Source: an uncultured virus (IMG/VR IMGVR_UViG_3300027963_000068) (taxonomy: Duplodnaviria; Heunggongvirae; Uroviricota; Caudoviricetes). Taken from it: a stretch of 64,000 nt of DNA. Every line of letters begins with the position of its first letter. The first letter of the stretch is position 1. The position numbers and the translations under genes were made by a program. The DNA is taken from the IMG/VR virus record IMGVR_UViG_3300027963_000068. One strand, written 5' to 3'. Below, in pieces: positions 48,245 to 59,119 of the stretch. The notes under the pieces were generated by a model. That model had not been told where the DNA came from. It did not search any database and saw nothing but the letters and a program-made list of their open reading frames with translations.

Positions 48245-48487
48245 ATGAATAGTGAAGTTGATGTGAATATTTTAGTTAATCTGTATCATCAAAAAATTTC
48301 AGCATTAACGAATCAAAATATTTTATTAGAGGCAAAATTACAATCATTAACAAAAGATTTTGAAGATCAAAAAAATATTTTATTAACAACAAATCTTGAA
48401 TTGCAACAACATAATGATGAAATATTAAAATCAAAAAGAAAAATAAAACCAGAAGATAAATACGAAGAGGCAGGAATTCAACAATGA
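48245..48487 (+). CDS. Coiled-coil hypothetical protein
   Basis: ORF track; coupled to gp13. Confidence 0.75.
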   Translation: MNSEVDVNILVNLYHQKISALTNQNILLEAKLQSLTKDFEDQKNILLTTNLELQQHNDEILKSKRKIKPEDKYEEAGIQQ

Positions 48488-49299
48488 CTCAACCATCATC
48501 CCGTCAAGGATTAATTGATTATTCTTTAAGAAAACTTGGATATCCAGTCGTAGAAATTAATGTAGATGATGACCAAATTGATGATTTGGTGGATGATGCA
48601 ATTCAGTATTTTAATGAAAGACATTATGATGGAATTGAAAAAGTATTTTTAAAACATAAACTATCAGAAAATGAATTAAATTCAATAAGGACAGGTGTCA
48701 CCACTACAACTGCCACATCTACTGTTGGAATTGCTACTCTTTCTTATACAGAAACCAATAATTTCATAAAACTTCCAGATCACGTAATCGGTGTAAATAA
48801 CGTATTTAAAATAGATTCAAGTACAATATCAAGTGGTTTATTTAATATTAAATATCAATTATTTCTAAACGATTTGTATTATTACGGAGCATTAGATCTT
48901 TTAAATTATGCAATGGTTAAGACATATTTGGAAGATTTAAGTAGATTAATCACACCCGATATTCAAATTCGTTTTAATAAAAAAAATCATAGATTATATT
49001 TGGATATTGATTGGAGTCAAATGAGTCCAAATAATTATCTTATATTGGATTGTTATAGAATGGTAAATCCCGCAGATGCATCAAGTGTTTATAATGATTG
49101 GTGGTTAAAAAAATATTTAACTGCACTAATCAAAAGGCAGTGGGGACAGAATATGATTAAATTCCAAGGCGTATTGCTTCCTGGTGGTGTGCAACTTAAT
49201 GGAAGACAGCTTTTTGATGATGCAGTTAAAGAAATAGAAGAAGCAGAAAATCAACTTAAAACGGAATACGAATTGCCTCCAATGGATATGATAGGATAA
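48484..49299 (+). CDS. gp13: Neck protein gp13
   Basis: LRKLGYPVVEINVDDDQ, KRQWGQNMIKFQGV.LPGGV.LNG. Confidence 0.95.
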   Translation: MTQPSSRQGLIDYSLRKLGYPVVEINVDDDQIDDLVDDAIQYFNERHYDGIEKVFLKHKLSENELNSIRTGVTTTTATSTVGIATLSYTETNNFIKLPDHVIGVNNVFKIDSSTISSGLFNIKYQLFLNDLYYYGALDLLNYAMVKTYLEDLSRLITPDIQIRFNKKNHRLYLDIDWSQMSPNNYLILDCYRMVNPADASSVYNDWWLKKYLTALIKRQWGQNMIKFQGVLLPGGVQLNGRQLFDDAVKEIEEAENQLKTEYELPPMDMIG

Positions 49300-49303
49300 T
49301 ATT

Positions 49304-50710
49304 ATGTCTCCACTTAATCCATATTTTTTGCAGGGTTCTTCTAGTGAACAAAGATTAGTACAAGATTTGATTAATGAACAATTGAGAATGTATGGGCAAG
49401 ATGTAGTATACATTCCAAGAAATATTATCAATAAAAATACAATATTAAAGGAAATAACATCATCAAAATTTGATGATTCATTCAGAATTGAAGCATATTT
49501 AGTCAATTATGAGGGATTTGGAGGTCAAGGAGACATTCTATCAAAATTTGGAGTAAAAACTACTGATGAAGTTACATTTATAATTTCAAAAGAAAGGTAT
49601 GAAGATTTTATTGGTCCATTTATTTCTTTAAATACACAAATTGAATTATCATCCAGACCTCAAGAGGGAGATTTGATTTATCTTCCATTAGATAATACAA
49701 TTTTTGAAATCAAATATGTAGAAGGAAAAAAACCATTTTATCAATTAAATAATTTATACGTTTACGAATTAAGATGCGAAGTGATGGATTATGAAGCAGA
49801 TGATGTAATTAATACAAGTATTAATGAAGTTGACGAGTCAGTAAAAGATTTTGGATATATCGTAAAACTTATTATGGTCGGTTTGGGCGCAACATCAACA
49901 TCTGCAACTGCAGAACTTGCAGTTAATCTCGGTGGTAGTTCTGTATCAAGAATAGATTTAATTAATGATGGGACTGGTTATCTTTCTGTTCCGATTGTTG
50001 CAATAAGTACTGCTTCTTCTGGAGGTATAAATGCGACAGCAGTTGCAATAATGACGAGTCGTTCCAGTCAAACTGGAAGTTCAATTGATAAAATTTTAGT
50101 TATAAATCCAGGTATTGGATATACAATTGCACCCACTGTTAGTATTATAAGTAGTAGTGGTTCTGGAGGAATAGCAACAGCAATTATATCTTCTGGTTCT
50201 TTGGGTCCAATAAATTTAATTGATGGTGGTGTTGGTTATTCTACTGCACCTATTGTCGCAATAAGTACTGCACCTGTTGGTGGAACAAATGCAACTGCAC
50301 AAGCATTTATTAATTCTTCTGGTATTGTAACTTCAATTCGTTATACTAATGCTGGGGCAGGTTATACACAGCCACCAGTAGTTACAATATCTTCACCTGT
50401 TGGTGTATCTACGGGCAATTATATATTCAACGAAATAGTAAGAGGAGTTTCAACAGGAACTACTGCTTATGTAAATAATTGGGATTATGATACAAGAATA
50501 CTTCAAGTCAAAACTTTAAATGGAAGTTTTATTCGGGGAGAATCTGTAGTTGGTATGGGAACAACAAGTGGAGGGTCAAATGCAAATTATAGAATTCTTT
50601 CAATCAATACTCAAGATGAATATGATGATTATGCAGACAATATACCAATAGAAAATGAAGCAGATGAAATTTTAGATTTTAGTGAAAGAAACCCTTTTGG
50701 GGATTATTAA
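49304..50710 (+). CDS. gp14: Neck protein gp14 with inserted GxGY repeats
   Basis: EQRLVQDLINEQLRMYG, SKFG, RPQEGDLIY, PFYQL, DFSERNPFG. Confidence 0.93.
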   Translation: MSPLNPYFLQGSSSEQRLVQDLINEQLRMYGQDVVYIPRNIINKNTILKEITSSKFDDSFRIEAYLVNYEGFGGQGDILSKFGVKTTDEVTFIISKERYEDFIGPFISLNTQIELSSRPQEGDLIYLPLDNTIFEIKYVEGKKPFYQLNNLYVYELRCEVMDYEADDVINTSINEVDESVKDFGYIVKLIMVGLGATSTSATAELAVNLGGSSVSRIDLINDGTGYLSVPIVAISTASSGGINATAVAIMTSRSSQTGSSIDKILVINPGIGYTIAPTVSIISSSGSGGIATAIISSGSLGPINLIDGGVGYSTAPIVAISTAPVGGTNATAQAFINSSGIVTSIRYTNAGAGYTQPPVVTISSPVGVSTGNYIFNEIVRGVSTGTTAYVNNWDYDTRILQVKTLNGSFIRGESVVGMGTTSGGSNANYRILSINTQDEYDDYADNIPIENEADEILDFSERNPFGDY

Positions 50711-50738
50711 ATCTAAATAATTAATAAAAGGTATTATT

Positions 50739-51791
50739 ATGTTAGGCCAATACTACTATCACGAAATAATTCGTAAGACAATTATTGCCTTTGGTACTTT
50801 ATTTAATGATATTAATATCAAACACAAAAAACAAGATGATAGCGATTTTAGCACTATAAAAGTTCCAATTGCATATGGTCCTACTGAAAAGTTTTTAGCA
50901 AGATTAGAGCAAAAACCAGATTTGAGAAAAAGAGTTGCTATAATTCTCCCAAGACTTGCATTTGAAATGAATAGTATTCAATATGATAATAGTAGAAAAA
51001 TTTCTACTATGCAAACATTTAAATCAAAAAGTCTCACAGATGATAAAGTAGTAAATAGATTGTTTATGCCTGTTCCTTATAATTTGGGCATACAACTTTC
51101 AATTATGACTCAATATAATGATGATGCTCTTCAAATTGTAGAACAAATTCTCCCATACTTTCAGCCATCTTTTAATTTAACAATTGATTTGGTATCTTCT
51201 ATAGGTGAAAAACGTGATATTCCAATAGTTCTTGGAAATATAAATTTCAAAGATAATTACGAAAGTGGATATGACGAAAAAAGAATTATAATTTATGATT
51301 TAAATTTTACAGCAAAAACGTATCTATTTGGACCATTACCTGATTCTACTGAAGGTCTTATCAAAAAAGTACAAGTCGATTATTATACAGACACAAACAG
51401 AAAAAATGCTTCTAGACAACTTCGTTATGTTGCTGAACCAAGAGCAATACAAGATTACACCGATGATAATACAACTTCACTAGCAGAACATATAGATGAT
51501 AAAATTACTAAATTTGATGTGAGTAATGCAGCATCACTTACTGTAAATGAATATATTGAAATTGATAATGAAGAAATGTATATTAAAGAAATATCTGGAA
51601 ACACAATCACAGTTAATAGGGGACAAGATGAAACCGAAATCGTATCACATACTTCTGGTACTGTTGTAAATATTATTAATAATGCAGATGATGCTTTAAT
51701 CGAACAGGATGATGATTTTGGATTTAGTGAATATCGTTATGACTATGGTGACGGAAAAATTTATAGTCCAACTAAAGGTATTGATGTATGA
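50739..51791 (+). CDS. gp15: Tail sheath stabiliser/terminator gp15
   Basis: YYHEIIRKTIIAFGTLFNDI, VPIAYGP..KFLAR, QIVEQILPYFQP. Confidence 0.95.
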   Translation: MLGQYYYHEIIRKTIIAFGTLFNDINIKHKKQDDSDFSTIKVPIAYGPTEKFLARLEQKPDLRKRVAIILPRLAFEMNSIQYDNSRKISTMQTFKSKSLTDDKVVNRLFMPVPYNLGIQLSIMTQYNDDALQIVEQILPYFQPSFNLTIDLVSSIGEKRDIPIVLGNINFKDNYESGYDEKRIIIYDLNFTAKTYLFGPLPDSTEGLIKKVQVDYYTDTNRKNASRQLRYVAEPRAIQDYTDDNTTSLAEHIDDKITKFDVSNAASLTVNEYIEIDNEEMYIKEISGNTITVNRGQDETEIVSHTSGTVVNIINNADDALIEQDDDFGFSEYRYDYGDGKIYSPTKGIDV

Positions 51792-52219
51792 AAAATAATT
51801 TTGATAAGATAGATGAGTCTTTAGAAATTAAAGCAACAATTACGGCAAAAGAAATTATTAAAGAATCAAAAAAAGAAATAAGAAGCATTCAAAGTAAAGA
51901 TCACTCCGAATTAGATTATGATTATATTCGTGGGACTCTTTATAATTTAATCGAAAAAGGACAAGAAGCAGCAACAAGTCTTTTGGAACTTGCTCAAGAT
52001 GGACAACAACCAAGGGCATATGAAGTTTTTGGGCAGTTGATTAAAAGTGTTGCTGATTCTACTGATAAACTAATGGATATACATCAAAAAGTAAAAGAAC
52101 TTAAAAAAGAAGAAAAATCTGGACCAAAGAATGTTACAAATGCACTCTTTATTGGTTCTACTGCAGAACTTCAAAAACTTCTTAAAAATGGTTTAAATGC
52201 AGAAGATATTTCTAAATAA
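51788..52219 (+). CDS. gp16: Terminase small subunit gp16
   Basis: DY.Y.R..LY.LIEKG, PRAYEV, NALFIGSTAELQK. Confidence 0.95.
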   Translation: MKNNFDKIDESLEIKATITAKEIIKESKKEIRSIQSKDHSELDYDYIRGTLYNLIEKGQEAATSLLELAQDGQQPRAYEVFGQLIKSVADSTDKLMDIHQKVKELKKEEKSGPKNVTNALFIGSTAELQKLLKNGLNAEDISK

Positions 52220-52237
52220 TAGAAAGCAAAAAATAAA

Positions 52238-54121
52238 ATGAAAAATAGTACTTTTAAAAATTGGAGATTTACGACAGATATGATGATGTGTGATTATATT
52301 TTGTCCGAAGATCACGAACATTCAATGGCTAGAAGTGAAATTAAAGTAATTCAAAGTGCAATTAATAGATTGATGCAAAAATTAAAAGGTGAAGGAAATA
52401 TTGAAGCCTGGGTGCAGTCAAAGATTACGAAGGCAGCAGATTATATTGATACTGCAGCAGATTATTTAGATAGTCAAGATAATAAAATAGAAGAACAAAA
52501 TCAAGGACCTAGTAGTCCTGTTAAATCGTATTATCCACCTGAAGATAATCCAGGGGCACCAATTATTATTGGACCTAATCGAGGAGCTGCAGGAATTAAA
52601 TATCCAGTACGATACAAAACACCGTTAGCAACAAATACTCCAAACAAATCAAAGGTTCAAATGGCATCTTATGAACCAGAAGGTGATCAGATTGATGAGG
52701 TTTCTCTTCCAGGAACTGGTACTGTAATGGCACCGTCTGGTGGTGTACCATATGTGCAAAAAAAAGTATTAGGAGTGACTGTACCATTTAGTCAAAATAT
52801 TGTATCTCCTTCTACTGGAGGTGTAAAAAAACCCAATCAATATAATCCTAATAATACCGAGTATTCTTCTACACAAGTTCAAAGATATAATGCTACTAAA
52901 AGTGCTCCTAGTGTATTGAAACCAAAAGAAGGAAATCCTGAGTTTGGATATACAAGTGTTTCTAAAACTCCAGAAAAACCACGTCCAAATTTTTTTAAAA
53001 AACCTGACATAACTTCAACTACAAAACCTGCAGAAAAACCAACACCTCCACCAACCACTGCTTCTGGTGCAATGGCTCAAGGACTTAAAGATGTACCAGT
53101 TTTAGGTGCAGTTGCTAATATTGCTAAAAAATATGATGATAAAGTTAATTATAGAAACCAACCTCCCGAAATAAGAAAACAAATGGGTCTCCAAAATTCT
53201 TATGATTTCGAAAGTGAGGTATTTGTTGAGGAAAAAAAAAATAATTGCAACGAAGAAGGTCTTCGTGATTGGTTTGGTAAGTCCAAATCAAAGGACGGAA
53301 AGTCTGGTTGGGTAAATGTAGTAACTGGCGGAACTTGTGCAAGTGATGAACCAGGAGAAGGAACTCCCAAGTGCGTTTCATCCTCAAAAAGAGCAAGTAT
53401 GACTGATACAGAAAGAAAATCCGCAGCAAGAAGAAAGAAATTGGCAGATCCAGGACAACAATCAAAATCTGGTGCAGCAAAACCAACTTATGTTGCTACT
53501 GATGTAAAGGAAGAATCGGATACAAAAACTAAAGGTAGTGGAACCAAAGATGCTTGTTATACTAAAGTAAAATCAAGATATTCTGTCTGGCCTTCTGCCT
53601 ATGCCTCGGGGGCTCTCGTAAAATGCCGTAAAGTTGGTGCTGCTAATTGGGGAACAAAATCCGAAAGTACCAATTCGCTTGATGGTGATTGGCATACTCC
53701 AATTCGAGAAAGAGCAGATAGATATTGCCCAAAATGTGAAAAACTCGAAAGAAGAAGTGAATGCAAATACGGTTCAAGATATTGGGATATGTTTTCTTTA
53801 CCAGCAGAGATAATTAGTTCAAAAAAAGATTATAATATAACAATGCCATATCCCGCAAATGAGGAAACAAATATAGACGAAAACTATTTAAGAATACAAA
53901 CTCGTGGATCTACATATACTATACTAATAAATTGGAGAGGAAAATATATAACAACTCAAATGTTTTTCCAACAATTTACCAGACCAACAAAAACGGAAGT
54001 AACAAGAGAAATTAGAAAAGTTTATCCAAATGCAATTGTATTAGCATTTAATCCTTCAGCAAATGATCCAAACAAACCATTATTATTTACAGGAGAACCA
54101 AATGGACCCAAATCTTATTGA
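52238..54121 (+). CDS. Modular hypothetical protein between gp16 and gp17
   Basis: 627 aa; distinct blocks (SMARSE...AWVQSKIT, GLRDWF...PKC, DACY.KVK..Y.VWPSAYASG, RYCPKC); CTAAATA upstream. Confidence 0.8.
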   Translation: MKNSTFKNWRFTTDMMMCDYILSEDHEHSMARSEIKVIQSAINRLMQKLKGEGNIEAWVQSKITKAADYIDTAADYLDSQDNKIEEQNQGPSSPVKSYYPPEDNPGAPIIIGPNRGAAGIKYPVRYKTPLATNTPNKSKVQMASYEPEGDQIDEVSLPGTGTVMAPSGGVPYVQKKVLGVTVPFSQNIVSPSTGGVKKPNQYNPNNTEYSSTQVQRYNATKSAPSVLKPKEGNPEFGYTSVSKTPEKPRPNFFKKPDITSTTKPAEKPTPPPTTASGAMAQGLKDVPVLGAVANIAKKYDDKVNYRNQPPEIRKQMGLQNSYDFESEVFVEEKKNNCNEEGLRDWFGKSKSKDGKSGWVNVVTGGTCASDEPGEGTPKCVSSSKRASMTDTERKSAARRKKLADPGQQSKSGAAKPTYVATDVKEESDTKTKGSGTKDACYTKVKSRYSVWPSAYASGALVKCRKVGAANWGTKSESTNSLDGDWHTPIRERADRYCPKCEKLERRSECKYGSRYWDMFSLPAEIISSKKDYNITMPYPANEETNIDENYLRIQTRGSTYTILINWRGKYITTQMFFQQFTRPTKTEVTREIRKVYPNAIVLAFNPSANDPNKPLLFTGEPNGPKSY

Positions 54122-54290
54122 ACTGACAAATCTAACTAAAATATTTGAATACGAAAAAATTTCAAGGGATTTGAATGAATGTAAAGATATTGAGTCACTT
54201 AAAAACATTTGTAAGTGTTATGTGAAGTTATATTTTAAACAACAAGAGACATTAAGTTGTATTGGTTTAGGGCAGTTTAAGGGTGAATAA
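54102..54290 (+). CDS. NblA-like phycobilisome degradation protein (putative)
   Basis: 62 aa from ATG 54102 with AGGAG RBS; ELT....F......L......LK......KLY..QQ helix-hairpin pattern. Confidence 0.5.
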   Translation: MDPNLIELTNLTKIFEYEKISRDLNECKDIESLKNICKCYVKLYFKQQETLSCIGLGQFKGE

Positions 54291-54293
54291 ATA

Positions 54294-55943
54294 ATGAGTA
54301 ACGACCAATATCTGGGTAATCCTCTATTAAAAAAGGCGAATACGCCAATAGAGTTTACCAAGGATCAAATTGAGCAATTTATAAAATGTAAAAAAGATCC
54401 TGTGTATTTTGCGAAAAACTACATAAAAATTGTTTCACTTGATCACGGTCTTGTGCCTTTTAATATGTACAAGTTTCAAGAAAAACTTATTAAGAATTTC
54501 CATGATCACAGATTTAACGTATGCAAAATGCCAAGACAGTCTGGTAAATCTACCACTGTCGTTTCTTATTTGCTTCATTACGCACTATTTAATGATAATG
54601 TCAATATTGCGATTCTTGCTAATAAAGCGTCTACTGCTAGAGACCTTCTTGGAAGACTTCAATTAGCATACGAAAACCTACCTAAATGGATGCAGCAGGG
54701 GGTTTTAATATGGAATAGGGGTTCATTAGAACTAGAGAATGGTTCAAAGATTCTTGCTGCCTCTACGTCTGCCTCTGCGGTGCGTGGTGGTTCTTATAAT
54801 ATCATCTTTTTGGACGAATTTGCATTCGTTCCTAACCATATTGCTGAAGATTTTTTCAGTTCTGTTTATCCTACCATATCTTCTGGACAATCTACCAAAT
54901 TAATTATTGTTTCTACTCCTCACGGAATGAATCATTTTTATAAAATTTGGCATGATGCTGAAAGATCAAAAAATCAATACATTCCTACCGAAGTTCATTG
55001 GAGTGAAGTTCCTGGTAGAGATCAGGTATGGAAAAAACAAACAATAGAAAACACAAGCGAACAACAGTTTCAAGTTGAGTTTGAATGCGAGTTCTTGGGT
55101 TCTATTGGAACATTAATCAATCCATCAAAAATAAAAACTTTGGTTTATGATGAACCAATCAAAAGAAGTGGGGGGTTAGATGTATACGAAAAACCGAAAG
55201 ACGAGCATACTTATATAATGACAGTGGACGTTTCGAGAGGATTGAATAACGATTATTCGGCATTTGTTGTTTTTGATATATCAACCTTTCCTTATAAAAT
55301 AGTAGCAAAATATAGGAATAATGAAATTAAACCAATGTTATTTCCAAATATAATTTTAGATGTAGCAAAAGCATATAATAAATCATTTGTGTTAGCAGAA
55401 GTAAATGATATTGGAGAACAAGTTACGAGTATTCTTCATTTTGATTTAGAGTATGATAATATTTTAATGTGTGCAATGAGAGGAAGAGCAGGGCAACTTG
55501 TTGGGCAAGGATTTTCTGGAAAGAAAACACAACTTGGCGTAAAGATGTCAAAAACAGTTAAAAGAGTTGGTTGTTCAAATCTAAAAACAATTATTGAAGA
55601 CGATAAACTTATTTTTAATGACTATGAAATTATTAGTGAACTTACTACTTTTATTCAAAAAAATCAATCATTTGAAGCAGAAGAAGGATGCAATGATGAT
55701 TTGGTAATGTGTTTAGTAATTTTTTCTTGGTTAGTTGTTCAAGATTATTTTAAAGAAATGACAGAGAATGATGTTCGAAAAAGAATATACGAAGATCAAA
55801 AAGAACAAATAGAACAAGATATGTCTCCATTTGGATTTATTACTGATGGCCTAAATGAAGAAACTTCTTTTGTAGATAATGATGGGGACAGATGGCACAC
55901 CGATGAATATGGTGATGTCTCATATATGTGGGAGTACAGATAA
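54294..55943 (+). CDS. gp17: Terminase large subunit gp17
   Basis: YLGNPLLK, PRQSGKST, FLDEFAF, STPHG, DVSRG, DDLVM. Confidence 0.98.
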   Translation: MSNDQYLGNPLLKKANTPIEFTKDQIEQFIKCKKDPVYFAKNYIKIVSLDHGLVPFNMYKFQEKLIKNFHDHRFNVCKMPRQSGKSTTVVSYLLHYALFNDNVNIAILANKASTARDLLGRLQLAYENLPKWMQQGVLIWNRGSLELENGSKILAASTSASAVRGGSYNIIFLDEFAFVPNHIAEDFFSSVYPTISSGQSTKLIIVSTPHGMNHFYKIWHDAERSKNQYIPTEVHWSEVPGRDQVWKKQTIENTSEQQFQVEFECEFLGSIGTLINPSKIKTLVYDEPIKRSGGLDVYEKPKDEHTYIMTVDVSRGLNNDYSAFVVFDISTFPYKIVAKYRNNEIKPMLFPNIILDVAKAYNKSFVLAEVNDIGEQVTSILHFDLEYDNILMCAMRGRAGQLVGQGFSGKKTQLGVKMSKTVKRVGCSNLKTIIEDDKLIFNDYEIISELTTFIQKNQSFEAEEGCNDDLVMCLVIFSWLVVQDYFKEMTENDVRKRIYEDQKEQIEQDMSPFGFITDGLNEETSFVDNDGDRWHTDEYGDVSYMWEYR

Positions 55944-55954
55944 AATTGGTAATT

Positions 55955-55962
55955 TATAAATA
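55955..55962 (+). promoter_or_regulatory. T4-type late promoter
   Basis: TATAAATA upstream of gp18. Confidence 0.8.
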
Positions 55963-55999
55963 CTTTTAGACAAAATGAAATTTCTTCAGAGGGAAAGAC

Positions 56000-58402
56000 A
56001 TGGCGGTAAATTTAGTATCTCCGGGCGTAAGGGTAAGGGAAGTCGATTTAACTATTGGAAGAATTGATGGCGTAAATGATCAAACTGGTGCAATTGTTGG
56101 TCCTTTTTCTCAAGGTCCAGTAGATTATCCAATTTTAATTGAAACAGAACAGGATTTGTTGAAATATTTCGGAAAACCATTATCTACCGATTCGCAATAC
56201 GAATATTGGATGAGTGCTTCATCTTATCTTTCATATGGTGGTATTCTAAGAGTAGTTAGAACTGATGGATCAAATTTGAACAATTCAAATGCTGGCGTTT
56301 CAGCTGATTCCGTTACTCTTAAAATTAAATCTTATGAAGATTATACAAATAATTATTCTACCGGGTCAACTTGGTATTATGGAGCAAAAAATCCAGGTTC
56401 TTGGGCAAATAATTTAAAAGTATGTGTAATTGACTCTGCCGCAGATCAAAGAGTTGCAATTGGTACTTTTGGGTTATCGGTTGGTTTTGGTGTAACCGTT
56501 GGGGTTAATACTTCTCTTGCTGGAGTTGGATCTGCTTCAAATTTTACTGGATATTTAAGAGGAATTGTTACAAAAATTGGCAACCAAAACGTTGATGTAA
56601 AGGTTACTGATAGATACGATAATTCATCTGGTTTATCAACTAACGTATCATATTCACAAAATAGTATTAATTCTTTTCCTTCTCAATCTGGTTCTTATTT
56701 TTTCAAAACTACTTCGGGAGTTACTACATCGGTTGAAGCAAATAGATTTTTTGGTTCAGTAGGATCTGGTTCTACTGTTATTAATCCCGTATCTCTTACT
56801 CAAAATCTTCCAACTTCTGGGGTAACTGTTGGAAATCAAATTAGAACAATTACTGCAGGAATAGTAAACACTTCTACAATTGTTGGTCTTGGGACTACAA
56901 CTGTTAATGGTGGCACACAAAATACAATTTTGATAAATTCTGCTTCGGCAGGAGTGGGAACAAACGTTCAATTTGTTTCATTAGTTCCAGCAGGGACTGC
57001 ATTTAACTTTGCATCAAGTGGTTCTGCTGCGATTACTGTTTCTGATTGGTATAATTTGCAAACATTAGGATTAACTAATTCTACAATATACTGGAAATCA
57101 ATTGCCGAAAAACCATCTACTTCCCAATATGCATCAGAAAGAAATTCAAAAAATGATGAAATTCACGTATTAGTTGTCGATGATACTGGTAGCGTGACCG
57201 GGATTTCAGGAAATATTCTTGAAAAATATACACACCTTTCTAAGGCATTAGATGGCAAAATATCTCCATCAGAAGTTGTATATTATAAAGATTTAATTGC
57301 AGATGTATCAAATTACATTTATGCCGGATTTGCTCCTACTGGTTCTGCTACTGATTTTACAACATATACTGGTTATACCAATACAAGTACGGGAAACTGG
57401 GGCACTAATGCCCAAAGCACTTCATTTGCAGGAATTGGAAATGTAACTTACAATTTAACTGGTGGTGTTGATTATAGTTCAACTGGGGGAATGGCACCGA
57501 CATTTGGAGATATTATTTCATCTTATGAAATTTTCAGAAATCCTGCTGAGTATTCAATCAATTTTCTGATTAATGGTCCATCTAGTGGTGCTTCAATTTT
57601 TGAAGCACAGTCAAAAGCAAATACTTTAATTTCAATTGCCGAAGAAAGAAAAGATTGTATAGCTGTTATTTCTCCATACAAATCTGGAGTATTGAACATC
57701 ACAAGCACCGATACACAAACTACAAATATTATTAATTTCTTTGATCCCATAATATCAAGTTCCTATGCAGTTTTTGATACTGGATATAAGTATACATTTG
57801 ATCGCTTCAATAATACATTTAGATACATACCTTGCAATGCAGATGTTGCTGGATTGATGGCTAGAACATCAATCAACCAATTCCCGTGGTTCTCTCCTGC
57901 TGGTTCTTCAAGAGGAGCAATTAGTAATGCTGTGAAACTTGCATACAATCCATCACAAGGTCAAAGAGACCTTCTATATCCAAAAAGAATTAATCCAATT
58001 ATCTATTCACCTGGTTCTGGAATTATTCTTTTTGGTGACAAAACTGCTTTATCTTATGCTTCTGCATTTGATAGAATTAATGTTCGTCGTTTATTCCTTA
58101 CGCTCGAAGAAACAATCGAAAGAGCAGCAAGAGCACAACTATTTGAGTTTAATGATGTAATTACTAGATCCAATTTTATCAATATTGTCGAACCTTATCT
58201 TCGTGATGTAAAAGCAAAAAGAGGAATGAGTGACTTCTTAGTTATCTGTGATGAGACAAATAATACTCCAGACATAATTGATGCAAATCAATTTAGAGCT
58301 GATATTTTCGTAAAACCAGCAAGATCTATCAACTTCATCGGTCTTACATTTGTTGCTACTCGCACAGGTGTAAGTTTTGAAGAAGTCGTAGGCACAGTTT
58401 AA
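56000..58402 (+). CDS. gp18: Tail sheath protein gp18
   Basis: SPGV.VREVDLT, WFSPAG..RG, FDRINVRRLF, FEFND..TR, KPARSINFI. Confidence 0.98.
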   Translation: MAVNLVSPGVRVREVDLTIGRIDGVNDQTGAIVGPFSQGPVDYPILIETEQDLLKYFGKPLSTDSQYEYWMSASSYLSYGGILRVVRTDGSNLNNSNAGVSADSVTLKIKSYEDYTNNYSTGSTWYYGAKNPGSWANNLKVCVIDSAADQRVAIGTFGLSVGFGVTVGVNTSLAGVGSASNFTGYLRGIVTKIGNQNVDVKVTDRYDNSSGLSTNVSYSQNSINSFPSQSGSYFFKTTSGVTTSVEANRFFGSVGSGSTVINPVSLTQNLPTSGVTVGNQIRTITAGIVNTSTIVGLGTTTVNGGTQNTILINSASAGVGTNVQFVSLVPAGTAFNFASSGSAAITVSDWYNLQTLGLTNSTIYWKSIAEKPSTSQYASERNSKNDEIHVLVVDDTGSVTGISGNILEKYTHLSKALDGKISPSEVVYYKDLIADVSNYIYAGFAPTGSATDFTTYTGYTNTSTGNWGTNAQSTSFAGIGNVTYNLTGGVDYSSTGGMAPTFGDIISSYEIFRNPAEYSINFLINGPSSGASIFEAQSKANTLISIAEERKDCIAVISPYKSGVLNITSTDTQTTNIINFFDPIISSSYAVFDTGYKYTFDRFNNTFRYIPCNADVAGLMARTSINQFPWFSPAGSSRGAISNAVKLAYNPSQGQRDLLYPKRINPIIYSPGSGIILFGDKTALSYASAFDRINVRRLFLTLEETIERAARAQLFEFNDVITRSNFINIVEPYLRDVKAKRGMSDFLVICDETNNTPDIIDANQFRADIFVKPARSINFIGLTFVATRTGVSFEEVVGTV

Positions 58403-58421
58403 CACAAAGAGGTAACAAAAA

Positions 58422-59093
58422 ATGGCTACTAACTCCAATTCTTTTACTGGCGGATCCCAAACCCCAAATAGTAGAACTTTAAATGAGTTCAAAAGTAGAA
58501 TGTCTGGGGGAGGAGTAAGATCTAATTTATTTGAATGCGAAATTACTTTTCCTTCTGAGGTTTATAGTGCGACTCATACTGGAAATCAAAGCGATCTTTC
58601 AGATAAAACTAGATTTTTAATTAAAGCAGCAAATCTTCCTGCATCTACTTTGGGTATTATTGATATTCCATTTAGAGGAAGAAATCTTAAAATTGCTGGT
58701 GATCGCACATTTGATCCTTGGACGATTACTGTAATTAATGATAACGATTTCCACATTCGAAATGCTTTCGAAAGATGGATCAATTATATGAATAAAAACG
58801 AAGATGCTGCTGGAAAAATTGATCCGAATACTTATCAACAAGATGCAATTATATATCAACTTGGAAGAGCAAACCTTACCGGTTCAACTCCAACAACTGA
58901 TACTCAAATACCTATACTAAAACAGTATAAATTTTATGGGGTATTTCCAACTGCTATAAGTGCAATTGATGTTTCTTATGATTCTTCAGATACAATTGAA
59001 GAATTTACAGTAGATTTGCAAGTCCAATGGTGGGATGCTCTTGATAATACTGGTACTTCTCAACTTGGCACATCGAAACAAACAACACCATAA
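58422..59093 (+). CDS. gp19: Tail tube protein gp19
   Basis: GGG.R.NLFE, LPAS, FRGR.LKIAGDRTFDPWT, IEEFTV. Confidence 0.97.
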   Translation: MATNSNSFTGGSQTPNSRTLNEFKSRMSGGGVRSNLFECEITFPSEVYSATHTGNQSDLSDKTRFLIKAANLPASTLGIIDIPFRGRNLKIAGDRTFDPWTITVINDNDFHIRNAFERWINYMNKNEDAAGKIDPNTYQQDAIIYQLGRANLTGSTPTTDTQIPILKQYKFYGVFPTAISAIDVSYDSSDTIEEFTVDLQVQWWDALDNTGTSQLGTSKQTTP

Positions 59094-59119
59094 ATAGTAG
59101 AAACTATTTTATTTTATTG

